A DNA stretch of 56,722 nt from Armatimonadota bacterium (GCA_012512505.1 JAAZEB010000153.1:1-56722); one strand, 5' to 3'. Shown: positions 1 to 9,998, counted from the stretch's first letter. Notes: generated by a model from the letters alone, not told the origin. Program-made: numbers and translations.

Positions 1-77
1 CGGAGCGCCGCAGCAATGCGGCTTCCTAACGGTGTGAAGCCCGATGGCTCGGGCACTCCGGCCATTTCCTGGGAGAG
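1..77. repeat. REP-like palindromic doublet (family shared with 18353, 20812, 39517), possibly cut by the window edge
   Basis: CGGAGCGCCGCA-GCAA-TGCGGC followed by inverted GCCCGA-TGGC-TCGGGCACTCCG; near-identical to the units at 20882-21039. Confidence 0.8.
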
Positions 78-186
78 GTAACATCCCTTCGGCGTCGGAG
101 GCCCCTCCTACCTCGGGCCGAGCACCCCTCCGTGGGCCGTTCGCGGGTCTCCGGGCGGTGGCGGGTGGTAGGGGCGGATAGGTTCT

Positions 187-214
187 TTGCGTACCCCCGC
201 GGGTGTGGTATAAT
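187..214 (+). promoter_or_regulatory. sigma70-type promoter for the URO-D-family gene
   Basis: TTGCGT-N16-TATAAT with extended -10 TG (206-207). Confidence 0.55.
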
Positions 215-296
215 GGGCCGAACGCAACCGCTGGCCGGCACCGGAGGCGCCTGCCCTGGTGGCCCAACGCGGCATCTCTTCCTGGAGGGACCCCTG

Positions 297-1307
297 ATGA
301 CTCCCAGAGAGCGGGGACTGGCTGCCCTCGAACACCGGCAGCCGGACCAGACGCCGTTCAGCCTCGGGTTCACGGTGCCCGCCTACCAGAAGCTCGTCAC
401 CTACTACGGCAGTGAAGAGCCGCTTCGCGCCCTCGACAACTGCCTGGCCGCCACCGAGGCGAAGGTCCCCGGGGAGGCCTGGGTAGAGGTGAAGCCGGAC
501 TTCTGGCGTGATGAGTTCGGCGTGGTCTGGAACCGCACGATCGACAAGGATATCGGGAACGTGGAGTTCTACCAACTCCCGGAGCGCTCGCTGGCCGGCT
601 ACACCTTCCCGGATCCGCACGACCCGCGCCGCTTCGCCCACTTCCCGCAGTTCCTCCAGGACCATGCCGACCGGGTGACGGTGTGCAACATCGGCTTCTC
701 CCTTTTCGAGCGCGCCTGGACGCTGCGCGGCATGGAGAACCTCCTGATCGACATGGTGGAGGCGCCCGCCTTCGTTGACGAACTGCTGGACGCGATCACC
801 GAGTACAACCTCGGCATCATCGAGGAGGCACTCCGCTTCCCGATTGACGTTGTCATGTTCGGCGACGACTGGGGCAGCCAGCGCGGCCTGATCATGGGGC
901 CAGAGAAGTGGCGCCGCTTCCTCAAGCCGCGGCTGGAGCGCATGTACGGGGCGGTGAAGCAGGCCGGCCGCTACGTCTTCATCCACTCCTGCGGCGCCGT
1001 CGCCGAGCTGTTCCCCGAACTGATCGCCATCGGGCTGGACTGCTTCAACCCGTTCCAGCCGGAGGTGATGGATGTCTACGCCCTGAAGCGCGAGTTCGGG
1101 CGCGACCTCACTTTCTACGGCGGCGTGAGCACTCAGCGCACCCTTCCCTACGGCACGCCGGCGGAGGTAAAGCGCGAGGTACACCGCCTTTGCCGCGAGG
1201 TGGGGCACAACGGCGGCTACATCTGCGCGCCCGCCCACGCGGTGCCGGGAGACGTGCCGGTGGAGAACCTGCTGGCGCTGATCGACGCGGTGCAAAGCGC
1301 TCCCTGA
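297..1307 (+). CDS. uroporphyrinogen decarboxylase (URO-D/MtaA-CmuA)-family protein
   Basis: MTPRER start after a GGAGGG RBS; DEFGVVW, GDDWGSQRG, HSCG, FYGGVSTQ and GGYICAPAH motifs. Confidence 0.85.
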   Translation: MTPRERGLAALEHRQPDQTPFSLGFTVPAYQKLVTYYGSEEPLRALDNCLAATEAKVPGEAWVEVKPDFWRDEFGVVWNRTIDKDIGNVEFYQLPERSLAGYTFPDPHDPRRFAHFPQFLQDHADRVTVCNIGFSLFERAWTLRGMENLLIDMVEAPAFVDELLDAITEYNLGIIEEALRFPIDVVMFGDDWGSQRGLIMGPEKWRRFLKPRLERMYGAVKQAGRYVFIHSCGAVAELFPELIAIGLDCFNPFQPEVMDVYALKREFGRDLTFYGGVSTQRTLPYGTPAEVKREVHRLCREVGHNGGYICAPAHAVPGDVPVENLLALIDAVQSAP

Positions 1308-1361
1308 TCGGCTCCGCGGGCAGCCGGGGCCGCCGGCCGGCAGACGCCGGGGGTGAAAGCC

Positions 1362-1838
1362 ATGACGCCAACCACGCGAGCAGTCGTTATCGGCGCGGCC
1401 TTGCTGCTGGGGCTCGCCACCCTGCCAGCGTTCGCGTCGCCGGGCACGCCAGACGCCCCCGCGCGGGCCACCGACCCGTGTGCACGGAACCTGCGCGACT
1501 GGAACGACCGCTTCCCCCCGGCAGCGCAGTGGCAGACGGCCCTGCAGCCCTACGTGAAGGGAGCGGACGCCTGGCACTGCCCGCGGCACCGCGCGCAGCA
1601 GGGCAGCACCTACGCCATGAACCGGCTCCTGGGCGGCCGGTCGATTCAGGATGAGACGCTGTGGGGGTGCGTTCTCCTCTTCGAGAGCCAGCGCGTGGGC
1701 AAGAACATTACCGACACGGGCGAGAGCCTCTGCACGCCGGGCCGCCACCAGGGGGGCCACTATTACCTCCTCGGCAACGGCCGCGTGGTCTGGAGCAAGA
1801 GGCGATTGCCCTTCCGGCCAACCCTACGGGCGGAGTGA
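1362..1838 (+). CDS. secreted hypothetical protein with H-X9-DG-like C-terminal motif
   Basis: signal peptide; WHCP, STYAMN and RHQGGHYYLLGNGRV resemble DUF1559/H-X9-DG proteins; start could be 1353. Confidence 0.6.
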   Translation: MTPTTRAVVIGAALLLGLATLPAFASPGTPDAPARATDPCARNLRDWNDRFPPAAQWQTALQPYVKGADAWHCPRHRAQQGSTYAMNRLLGGRSIQDETLWGCVLLFESQRVGKNITDTGESLCTPGRHQGGHYYLLGNGRVVWSKRRLPFRPTLRAE

Positions 1839-1898
1839 GCGCGGCGGCCGACCGCGCGTTCAGTGAGCAGGCAACCCCGCGGTGACGGAGGTGCCGTG

Positions 1899-2381
1899 AT
1901 GGCAGGCGAGCTGTTCAAGGAAGAACAGTGGTTCCCTAACGCGGTGGGGGCGGTGATCGGGGCGATGCTGGCGGGCGCGGCACTGACGCTGGCGCTTGGT
2001 GGCCGGCGGGGCAGAGCCTGGGCCGGCACGCTGCTCAGCAGCTCCGGCGGCCTGCTGGCCGTTACCGCCGCCTTCGCGCCGATGCGCACCACGGTGACGC
2101 CCGAGGGGGTGCAGGTGAGCTTTGGGCTGCCGGGGTGGATCCGGTTCCGCGTCGACGCGGCTGGAATCCGTGGCGTGGAGGCGGTTACCTACCGGCCGCT
2201 GGCGGAGTTCGGCGGCTGGGGCATCCGGCTCTCGCTGGGTGGCACCCGGGCCTACACCGCGCGCGGCAATCAGGGGGTGCGCGTGCGGACTACTCGCGGA
2301 GAGTATTTGATCGGCAGCCAGCGGCCGGAGGAGCTGGCGGCGGCGCTGCGGCAAATCGCGCCCAGCGCGCAGGAGGAGTGA
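1899..2381 (+). CDS. hypothetical membrane protein (2 TM plus PH-like domain, DUF6141-like)
   Basis: GGAGG RBS; [20 protein letters not shown] and [10 protein letters not shown] motifs. Confidence 0.7.
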   Translation: MAGELFKEEQWFPNAVGAVIGAMLAGAALTLALGGRRGRAWAGTLLSSSGGLLAVTAAFAPMRTTVTPEGVQVSFGLPGWIRFRVDAAGIRGVEAVTYRPLAEFGGWGIRLSLGGTRAYTARGNQGVRVRTTRGEYLIGSQRPEELAAALRQIAPSAQEE

Positions 2382-2385
2382 TAGC

Positions 2386-3675
2386 ATGGCCAGGCCGACG
2401 CAGCAGTCGCGGGAGTGGTTTGCCCGGGCACAGGCGGTGATCCCGGGCGGGGTGAACAGCCCGGTGCGCGCCTTCCGGTCAGTGGGAGGCGAGCCACGGT
2501 TCATCGAGCGGGGCGAAGGCGCCTACCTGGTGGACGTGGACGGCAACCGCTATCTCGACTACGTCTGCTCGTGGGGGCCGCTTCTTTTTGGGCACGCGCA
2601 CCCGGAGATCGTGGCGGCGGCGCGGGACGCGGTGACGCGCGGCACCAGCTACGGCGCGCCGACACCGCTGGAGGTGGAGTTCGCCGAGGCGGTGTGCGCC
2701 GCGATGCCGTCGGTAGAAATGATCCGCTTGGTGAACAGCGGCACCGAGGCGGTGATGTCGGCGATCCGGTTGGCGCGCGCCTTCACCGGGCGCGAGCGGA
2801 TCGTGAAGTTCGCCGGCGGCTACCATGGCCACTTCGATGCCCTGCTGGCCAAGGGCGGCTCCGGGATCGCTACCCTGGGGCTGCCGGACACGCCGGGCGT
2901 GCCAGCGGGCTTCGCGGCCCTGACGCACACCCTCCCCTATAACGATGCCGACGCGGTGGCGGCGCTGTTTGCCGAGCGCGGCGCCGAGATCGCCGCCGTG
3001 ATCGTCGAGCCGGTGGCCGGCAACATGGGGGTGGTCCCGCCGCAGCCCGGCTTCCTGGAGCGCCTGCGGGAGATCACCCGGCAACACGGGGCACTGCTGC
3101 TCTTCGACGAGGTAATCACCGGCTTCCGTGTGGCCCGTGGCGGCGCGCAGGAACGCTACGGAGTGCAGGCCGACTTGACCACGCTCGGCAAGATCATCGG
3201 CGGCGGCTTCCCGCTGGCGGCCTACGGCGGCCGGCGCGAGGTAATGGAGCAGATGGCCCCCAGCGGGCCGGTCTACCAGGCAGGCACCCTCTCGGGCAAC
3301 CCGGTGGCCGTGGCCGCCGGTCTGGCGATGCTGCGCCTCCTCTCCCGACCCGGGCTGTACGAGGAACTGGAGGAGAAAGCGGCCGCCCTTCAGGCCGGCC
3401 TGGAAGAGGCCGTCGCCCGCGCCGGAGTACCGGCCACCGTGAACCGCGTCGGGTCGATGCTGACGACTTTCTTCACCGCGGGTCCGGTGACCGACTACGA
3501 GAGCGCCCGGCAGTCAGACACGGCGCGCTATGCCGCCTACTTCCAGGAGATGCTGGCGCGCGGGTTCTACCTGGCCCCGTCGCAGTTTGAGGCGGCGTTT
3601 GTGTCTGATGTCCACACGCGCGAGCAGATCGACGCCACCGTTGCCGCCGCCCGCGAAGCGCTCGCCACCCTCTAA
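2386..3675 (+). CDS. hemL: glutamate-1-semialdehyde 2,1-aminomutase
   Basis: [40 protein letters not shown] and [10 protein letters not shown]. Confidence 0.97.
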   Translation: MARPTQQSREWFARAQAVIPGGVNSPVRAFRSVGGEPRFIERGEGAYLVDVDGNRYLDYVCSWGPLLFGHAHPEIVAAARDAVTRGTSYGAPTPLEVEFAEAVCAAMPSVEMIRLVNSGTEAVMSAIRLARAFTGRERIVKFAGGYHGHFDALLAKGGSGIATLGLPDTPGVPAGFAALTHTLPYNDADAVAALFAERGAEIAAVIVEPVAGNMGVVPPQPGFLERLREITRQHGALLLFDEVITGFRVARGGAQERYGVQADLTTLGKIIGGGFPLAAYGGRREVMEQMAPSGPVYQAGTLSGNPVAVAAGLAMLRLLSRPGLYEELEEKAAALQAGLEEAVARAGVPATVNRVGSMLTTFFTAGPVTDYESARQSDTARYAAYFQEMLARGFYLAPSQFEAAFVSDVHTREQIDATVAAAREALATL

Positions 3676-3911
3676 CCCCCGGACATCGCATCGCCGCGCC
3701 CGGGGGAAAGGGGCCGAAGGCTACAGCCGCGGCCGTGATCACCCGATAGGGAATCGGGTGCCACGCCCCCGGTCCCACGGCCCATGGCTGAATGCCGGGC
3801 GCGCGAATCGCGCGGGGGGCGGTGCCGGCAGCAGCCACGGTCGCCAGCGATCACCACGCCCGAATCTGGGGGGAGCCGCAGGCCTGACCACCGATTCCTT
3901 AGATCTGGGAG

Positions 3912-4868
3912 GTGCCACTCGTGATTGTCCACAGCAAAGCGCCCGTACGCATCGACTTCGCCGGCGGCTGGACCGACGTCAGCATCTTCGCCTCCGGCGC
4001 CGGTGGCGCGGTTGTCAACGCCGCCATTGATAAGTACGTGCATGGCCGCATGCACGTCATCGACACCGAAGGACCGGTGAAGAAGCGCGTCAGCGGTCCC
4101 TCTGGCAAGTACACCGTCGAGGCGGCAGCCGACGAGGGGATCGAGGTAGCTTACCGCTCGGACCTGCCGGCCGGCTCCGGGCTGGGCACCTCGGCCACGC
4201 TGAACGTCGTCTGGCTCTCGCTGATCAAGTCGCGCGTCACCTCGGATGAGGACCGCAAGACGATTGCCGAGCTCTCCTACGACCTGGAGCGCATCCTTGG
4301 CATTCTGGGCGGCAAGCAGGACCAGTATGCCAGCGCCCTGGGCGGGATCAACTACTTCACCTTCAACGACCAGGTGACCGCCGAGCGCCTGGTGGTGCGG
4401 CCGGAGGTCGTCTCCGAGTTGGAGGAGCGGCTGGTGCTGTGCTACACTGGCAAGCCGCGCCTCTCCAGCAGCATCCACCACGACGTGTGGGGGAACTACC
4501 GCAGCGGCAACCCGGACACGGTGAACGCCCTCTACAACCTGCGCAACGTGGCGATCCGGATGCGCACGGTCCTGCTGGAGGGCGACCTGGCGGAGTTCGG
4601 TGACCTGCTGAACCAGAACTGGCGTCACCAGCGAGCGCTGCACCCCTCGATCACCAATGCCCAGATCGACTCGCTCTTCGAGTTTGCCCTGGCAAACGGG
4701 GCCGTGGCCGGCAAGGCGTGTGGCGCTGGCGGCGGCGGCTGCCTCCTCTTCCTCTCCCAGCCCGGGCGCAAGGCAGACCTGGAGATGGGCCTGCGCGACC
4801 AGGGCGTGCGCGTGATCCCGTTCAAGTTCGACTTCGGCGGCCTGCAAGTAACTATCGAGGAGGAGTAA
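3912..4868 (+). CDS. GHMP-family sugar kinase (HddA/heptose-7-P kinase-like)
   Basis: APVRIDFAGGWTD, PAGSGLGTS, GGKQDQY and GKACGAGGGG. Confidence 0.88.
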   Translation: MPLVIVHSKAPVRIDFAGGWTDVSIFASGAGGAVVNAAIDKYVHGRMHVIDTEGPVKKRVSGPSGKYTVEAAADEGIEVAYRSDLPAGSGLGTSATLNVVWLSLIKSRVTSDEDRKTIAELSYDLERILGILGGKQDQYASALGGINYFTFNDQVTAERLVVRPEVVSELEERLVLCYTGKPRLSSSIHHDVWGNYRSGNPDTVNALYNLRNVAIRMRTVLLEGDLAEFGDLLNQNWRHQRALHPSITNAQIDSLFEFALANGAVAGKACGAGGGGCLLFLSQPGRKADLEMGLRDQGVRVIPFKFDFGGLQVTIEEE

Positions 4869-4908
4869 CTCCGCTCCCCCATTCGGCCGCGCGCGGCCCC
4901 CTCGCCAG

Positions 4909-4965
4909 GAAGGCACCGGGGGCGGCGGCACCCGCCCGGGAACCGCCGCTGCCCCCGGTGCCTTC
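4909..4965 (+). terminator. strong 21-bp stem-loop downstream of the GHMP kinase (terminator-like, no U-tract)
   Basis: GAAGGCACCGGGGGCGGCGGC / GCCGCTGCCCCCGGTGCCTTC with one G-U pair. Confidence 0.5.
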
Positions 4966-5068
4966 GCCTCCGCCAGATCCATCCCCCACCCCCATCGCTC
5001 CTGCCGTCCGTTCGCCACCGTGCAGCTCGGGTAGCCTGGCCGCTGCCTGCGCCACCGCCGGGTTCCCT

Positions 5069-5094
5069 GTTTCCGACGCGCGGCAGGCGGGTAC
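5069..5094 (+). promoter_or_regulatory. SigB/SigF-type promoter motif upstream of the RsbW-like gene
   Basis: GTTT-N16-GGGTAC. Confidence 0.45.
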
Positions 5095-5234
5095 ACTCCA
5101 AGGTGAGGAGTGGGGCGAGGACCACGACGATAGGGGTGGTCCAGACCTGGTTTGGCACCGTACCTGCAGGCGCGCTCGGCGCTGCCGCAGAAGGCGCCCG
5201 TGGCGCTGCCAACCGGGCACCAGGAGAACCGTGG

Positions 5235-5720
5235 ATGTTCACGCTCCATATGCGCCAAACGCCGTGGCGAACGCCGCGAATCCGCGTCCCTGAGTTCAAC
5301 CCGTACCGGCCGGTGCGGATTAGTATTCCCAGCCGCGAGCAGTACCTGGGCGAGGTGCGCGGGCTGATCGAGCGGATCAGCATCCCCACCTGCCTGACCG
5401 GCGAGGACGTGGCCGAGCTGAAGCTGGCCGCTACCGAGGCGTGCCTGAACGCCATCCGCCACGGCTCGCCCCAGGGGAACAGCAACCTGGTGGACGTGCA
5501 GGTGAAGCCGGAACTGGACCGCGTCGTGATCGAGGTGCGCGACGAGGGGCGCGGCTTTGACGTGCGCAAGGCCCGCCAAAGCCCGCTGCCGCTGGGCGAG
5601 AGCGGCCGGGGCCTGAAGCTGATCGAGAGCCTGGTCGACCGCGCGGAGTACTGCAACAGCCGCCGTGGACACCTGGTGCGGCTCACCAAGCGCTCGCGCC
5701 CTGCCACGAAAGTACACTGA
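5235..5720 (+). CDS. anti-sigma factor / serine kinase, RsbW/SpoIIAB-like (HATPase_c_2)
   Basis: AATEACLNAIRHG, VRDEGRGFD and ESGRGLKLI; AGGAG RBS at 5222. Confidence 0.88.
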   Translation: MFTLHMRQTPWRTPRIRVPEFNPYRPVRISIPSREQYLGEVRGLIERISIPTCLTGEDVAELKLAATEACLNAIRHGSPQGNSNLVDVQVKPELDRVVIEVRDEGRGFDVRKARQSPLPLGESGRGLKLIESLVDRAEYCNSRRGHLVRLTKRSRPATKVH

Positions 5721-5791
5721 GCCACCCGCTCACCCCAAGCCCGCCAAGGATCAAGGGCATGAAAAAGAAGCAGAGAAAGACGCGCGCGTGA

Positions 5792-5818
5792 GGTTTAGCC
5801 CCGGCATGCGCCGGGTAT
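5792..5818 (+). promoter_or_regulatory. SigB/SigF-type promoter motif upstream of the zinc-ribbon gene
   Basis: GGTTT-N16-GGGTAT, full consensus match. Confidence 0.55.
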
Positions 5819-5979
5819 ACTCCAGTAGACGCCTTCCAGTAGTCGCCTGAGCGGGCTCTCAAAGCAGGGATGGTCCAAGCCTTTTGCCAGGGTCCTCCCC
5901 TTCGGTCCGCCATTCCAGGGCGAAGCTATCGCGGAGGCTGCGCCAGACCACATCGGATCGATACCACTAGGAGGAGACG

Positions 5980-6192
5980 ATGGCAGAGGACAGGACCCTC
6001 ACCTGCAAGGAGTGCGGACGCGACTTTACGTTTACTGCCGGGGAGCAGGAGTTCTACGCCGAGAAGGGCTTCCAGAACGACCCGGCGCGGTGTCCGGCCT
6101 GCCGGCGCGCCCGCAAGGCGGCCCGCTATCAGATGTACAGCATGTCCGGTGCCCGCGGCGGCTTCACCATGTATCGCAGCCGCCGCGTGTAA
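5980..6192 (+). CDS. zinc-ribbon domain protein (zf-trcl-like)
   Basis: EDRTLTCKECGRDFTFTAGEQEFYAEKGFQNDPARCPACR; AGGAGGAG RBS. Confidence 0.92.
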   Translation: MAEDRTLTCKECGRDFTFTAGEQEFYAEKGFQNDPARCPACRRARKAARYQMYSMSGARGGFTMYRSRRV

Positions 6193-6247
6193 CGCCCGCG
6201 GATCCAAGCTTGCCCGCCACCGCCACGGCGGAACGGGCAAGAGAACG

Positions 6248-6286
6248 CTCACCCCCCCGCCTGTGCGGGGCAGGTGGGGGGGTGAG
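6248..6286 (+). terminator. 16-bp stem-loop after the zinc-ribbon gene
   Basis: CTCACCCCCCCGCCTG / CAGGTGGGGGGGTGAG. Confidence 0.5.
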
Positions 6287-6362
6287 TCGATTGCCGGAAA
6301 TCAGCCCGCCCTCCGCTGCCGCCATTACCTTCTACTCAGACTGGCAAGGGGAGGTCATACCA

Positions 6363-6587
6363 ATGTCTAGAAGACCCGCCGCGATTGGTCGGTTCGTCAT
6401 CGAGATTCTAGTGCCGGAAGAAGAAGTGCGCCCCACCTCGGGGGGAATGCTGGTTGCCCTGGAAGAGGGGCTGCGCCAGCGCGGCTACGAGGTGCGGGTG
6501 CGGTCCGTGACCCCGGTGCCGGGAGTGCAGGGCTGGCGGCCCACTCCTGAGGAACCGCCCAAGCTGGCCATTCGCGCCGCGGTGTAA
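6363..6587 (+). CDS. small hypothetical protein (74 aa)
   Basis: GGAGGT RBS before ATG 6363; protein-like composition (RFVIEILVPEEE...LEEGLRQRGYEVRV). Confidence 0.6.
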   Translation: MSRRPAAIGRFVIEILVPEEEVRPTSGGMLVALEEGLRQRGYEVRVRSVTPVPGVQGWRPTPEEPPKLAIRAAV

Positions 6588-6860
6588 GGCCACCCACACC
6601 GCTTTCCACCCCCCTCCCACCCGGAGCGGCCCGCGCCGGCGTCTGGCCGGCATCGGATCGTGCTCCGTGCCCTCGTTCGTGCCTCCTTGCCCCGTTGCCT
6701 TCCTGACCGCCACGGCCCGTGTCTAGGATGCGGCATGCTTCTTGCCGCCCGATCACGCAACCATGCTTCGCTGCCGGCGCTGCCCCGCCCCGCGGTGGGG
6801 AAGCGCTAGTGCGGGATCAGGCAGGACGAACGCGCCGCCCTGCCGGCGCGCGGAGGCGGG

Positions 6861-8447
6861 ATGCTGCGAAACCGGCTGCGATCGCTGTATCAACGGCTGC
6901 CGCTTGGCCGGGCGGTGCCCCGGAACACCTCCGGGCACCACCCGACCGGCACCCCTACCCCCCCGGCGGGGGCGCCACCCAACGTCACCGTGGCCCACGG
7001 CGGCGGCTCCATCGCCCGGAACGCCGCCGCGATGATGGTGGCCCAGGTGATGACCTGGACGGCGACCTTCCTGCTCATCCTGCACCTGCCGCGCGCCCTC
7101 GGCGCCGAGACCTACGGGAAGCTGAACTTCTCCCTGGCCCTGATGGGCCTCTTTGCCAGCTTCGTCGACTTCGGCACCACCACCCTGGTAACCCGGGAAG
7201 TGGCCCGCGACCGCTCGCGCGCGGAAGCCTACCTGACCAACGTGCTGGTGTTGAAGTCGGTCACGGCAGTCCTTGCCTACCTGGGGCTGTTGGGCAGCAC
7301 GGTGCTGATCGGCCGCTCACCGGACATTGTCCACCTGGTGTTCATCTTCGGCATCGGGATGATGATCGACGCCATCGCCCGCCTGGCCGATAGCCTGCTG
7401 CAGGCCTACGAGTACGTTCACTACCAGGCCTGGGGTGAGGTGATGGACAAGGTGCTCCACACGGCGCTGGTCTTGTTCCTGCTGGCCCAGGGCTACGGCA
7501 TCGTGCCGATCGCCTGGGCGATGACGGCGATGAACGCGGTGCGCCTGCTGCGGAACGGCTACTGGGTGCTGCGCCTGGTGCGCCCGCGCCTTCACCTGCT
7601 GAACCTGGGCTTCATGCGGCAGGCGATGCTCGCGTCACTCCCGTTCTTCCTGTTCGCCGTGTTCGCCAAGGTGTACGACAAGGTCGATATCACCATGTTG
7701 GGGATGATGGCCAGCGACACCGTGGTCGGCTACTACGGCGCCGCCTACCGGCTCTTCACCTCGCTGTTCTTCGTGCCGCACATCCTCTACACGATCACCT
7801 TCCCGGTGCTCTCGCGTCTCTGGGCGGCCGACCAAGCCGCCTATCGCCAGGCGGTGCGGCGCAGCTTTGCCGCGCTGTCGGTGGCGGCGGTGGGGGTGTT
7901 GGTCTGCACCGTGGTCCTGGCAGAGCCGGTGGTGGATCTGCTCTACACGCGGGCGGAGTTCCCCGGCACGGCGCCGGCACTGCGCATCCTGGCGCTGGCG
8001 CTCGCCTGTCAGTACGTGAATACGGCGGCGGTGATGGTGCTGCAGACGACGGACCGCCAGACCCAGTGGGCCCGCGCCGGAGCGCTGGCGGCGCTGGTGA
8101 ACCCGGCGATCAACTACCTGCTCATTCCGCCGCTGGGCCATCTCGGCGCCGCTGCCACCACCGTGATCACCGAGGCGATGCTGCTGGTCCTGGCCGTGCG
8201 GGCCTGCCCGCCCGGATCCCTGCGGCTGGAGGACGCGCGCGCGCTGGTCCGCTCGCTGCTGGCAGGGGGTTTCCTGGCCGGCGCGCTGCTGCTGGGCCTG
8301 CGCTGGGGGCTGGCCGGCGCGCTGCTGCTGGGGCTGCCGGTCTATACCGCCGCCGTGATTCGTCTGGGCGCCGTCTCCAGGGAGGACCTGGCCCTGGCGA
8401 AGCTCACCGTGCGCTCGCACCTGCGCGCGGTGCGGAAGGCGGCATAA
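6861..8447 (+). CDS. Wzx-like polysaccharide flippase (MOP superfamily)
   Basis: many TM segments; RALGAETYG, DFGTTT..REVAR and KVDITMLG..VGYYGAAYRL. Confidence 0.88.
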   Translation: MLRNRLRSLYQRLPLGRAVPRNTSGHHPTGTPTPPAGAPPNVTVAHGGGSIARNAAAMMVAQVMTWTATFLLILHLPRALGAETYGKLNFSLALMGLFASFVDFGTTTLVTREVARDRSRAEAYLTNVLVLKSVTAVLAYLGLLGSTVLIGRSPDIVHLVFIFGIGMMIDAIARLADSLLQAYEYVHYQAWGEVMDKVLHTALVLFLLAQGYGIVPIAWAMTAMNAVRLLRNGYWVLRLVRPRLHLLNLGFMRQAMLASLPFFLFAVFAKVYDKVDITMLGMMASDTVVGYYGAAYRLFTSLFFVPHILYTITFPVLSRLWAADQAAYRQAVRRSFAALSVAAVGVLVCTVVLAEPVVDLLYTRAEFPGTAPALRILALALACQYVNTAAVMVLQTTDRQTQWARAGALAALVNPAINYLLIPPLGHLGAAATTVITEAMLLVLAVRACPPGSLRLEDARALVRSLLAGGFLAGALLLGLRWGLAGALLLGLPVYTAAVIRLGAVSREDLALAKLTVRSHLRAVRKAA

Positions 8448-8456
8448 CCCGGCGCG

Positions 8457-9887
8457 TCAGGGCACGATTGCTTCGTTGTTGTCGGCCACGATGCCGTTGA
8501 GCATGTAGCGCTGCAGGGCGAACTCCCCCTCCGGCCCATGCACGTGCAGCAGGTCGGCGGCCAGGAGGTGGCCCGGGGTCTCGCGGGAGAAGTGCAGGAT
8601 GGCCGCCGAGTAGGGCACCCCCTCGCGGGCATGGAAGTAGCGAGCGCCGGCGCCCCCGGTGGTGCCGGCCCCAATGAACACCGTCTGCGGCGTGCGCCTC
8701 ACCGCGGGACGGTGGTCGTGGCCGTAGAGAATGACCGGGGCGAGCCCCTTGAGGCGCTGGGCCAGGCGATGATGGTGAACCAGCAGCACGTCAGGCGGCT
8801 TCTCCAGCGTGGCAAGCTTCTGGCGGATCACCGCTTCCAGGGCGTCGAGGTCGTCAGGCGCGGCATCGACGCGGCCGTAACCCTCGCGCTCTGAGACCGG
8901 ATCGCCCCAGCCGAGGAAGCGGATCCCCTCGGTTTCTACGATCTCGCCGTCCAGCACGCGCACGCCGGGGATGCGGCTCACCGCGCGCAGCGTCGAGCGC
9001 GAGTCGTGGTTGCCGGAGATGAAAAGCTGCGGCACCGGGAGCCCGCGCAGCGGCTCAAGGAGCGCCTCCTCCACCTCGGTGCCGTAGTCAGTCAGATCGC
9101 CGGTGTTGACGATCAGATCGACGCGGAAGCGGAGGGCCAGCTTTTCGATGAAGCCGACCGCCAGCGGGTTGTTGTGGAGGTCGCTGATGTGCAGCACCCG
9201 CACGTCGGTATCGCGCGGCAGGCGCGGCCCGGAGTCGCCCAGGGAGGCGTAGAAACGGGCCAGGCTGGCAGTGATGGTGTCCATGCGGCCACGCAGCCGG
9301 TTGAGGCGCGCCAACCCATCGCGCGCGAAGCGCACCGCCCCGGGGGCTTCAGCCAGTGGCCCGGTGTAGCGCGGGCTGGCAAAGGCCCCCCGGTCAAACG
9401 TCAGGGCGATCATCACGAAGAGAATGGCGACGGCGCCCAGGCCGGCCAGGCCGGAGACGGCATGTCGCAGCAGTGGCCCGCGCAGAAGCAGCGCACTGGC
9501 CAGCGGACCCCCGAGCAGCGCCAGCAGCAGGATCCGGGCCGCGTAACCGCGGGCACTCCGCCGGGCACAGCGCTCCAGGTCGGCCACCACGCTGTTGGCG
9601 TCTGGCAGTTCGCGGGCCATCGCCCGGATCACCGGGGTGTTCAGCCGCGCCAACTCCACCGTCAGCCGCACCGGGGCACGATGCGTCCGCGCGGTGATCT
9701 CGCCGACTGGAGTGAGCACGATGGTGGTGTCGCCGCGCCACGCCGGCGCCACGGAGACGCGCACCCGCGCTGGCCCCCACGAATAGACCGCGCGGCCGAA
9801 GATCCACACCGCCAGCAGCGCCCCCAAGACGCCAACCACCGCGTGCAGTCCCCACTCCATCCCTCGTCTCGCCTTCAGCTTGCGCAT
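8457..9887 (-). CDS. membrane-anchored calcineurin-like metallophosphoesterase
   Basis: HISDLHN, TGDLTD, SGNHD and YGHDH; N-terminal TM helices. Confidence 0.88.
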   Translation of the reverse strand: MRKLKARRGMEWGLHAVVGVLGALLAVWIFGRAVYSWGPARVRVSVAPAWRGDTTIVLTPVGEITARTHRAPVRLTVELARLNTPVIRAMARELPDANSVVADLERCARRSARGYAARILLLALLGGPLASALLLRGPLLRHAVSGLAGLGAVAILFVMIALTFDRGAFASPRYTGPLAEAPGAVRFARDGLARLNRLRGRMDTITASLARFYASLGDSGPRLPRDTDVRVLHISDLHNNPLAVGFIEKLALRFRVDLIVNTGDLTDYGTEVEEALLEPLRGLPVPQLFISGNHDSRSTLRAVSRIPGVRVLDGEIVETEGIRFLGWGDPVSEREGYGRVDAAPDDLDALEAVIRQKLATLEKPPDVLLVHHHRLAQRLKGLAPVILYGHDHRPAVRRTPQTVFIGAGTTGGAGARYFHAREGVPYSAAILHFSRETPGHLLAADLLHVHGPEGEFALQRYMLNGIVADNNEAIVP

Positions 9888-9998
9888 GGCCGCCCTGTTG
9901 GAGTGATGCCATGCGGCAGCGACAGCTTCGCGCAGGGCGAGAGCATCACTCCCTCCCTACGCAGCACCATCACCCCGGCATCGATCCCCTCCTGTCGG

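Noticed and set aside
297-1307. Calling this gene hemE because hemL is nearby
   Set aside because: It lacks the HemE MRQAGRY signature and resembles the broader URO-D/methyltransferase-like family.
8274-8340. 36-bp-period direct repeat in the flippase (LAGALLLGL twice)
   Set aside because: A small in-frame duplication in a low-complexity TM segment with no evident separate function.
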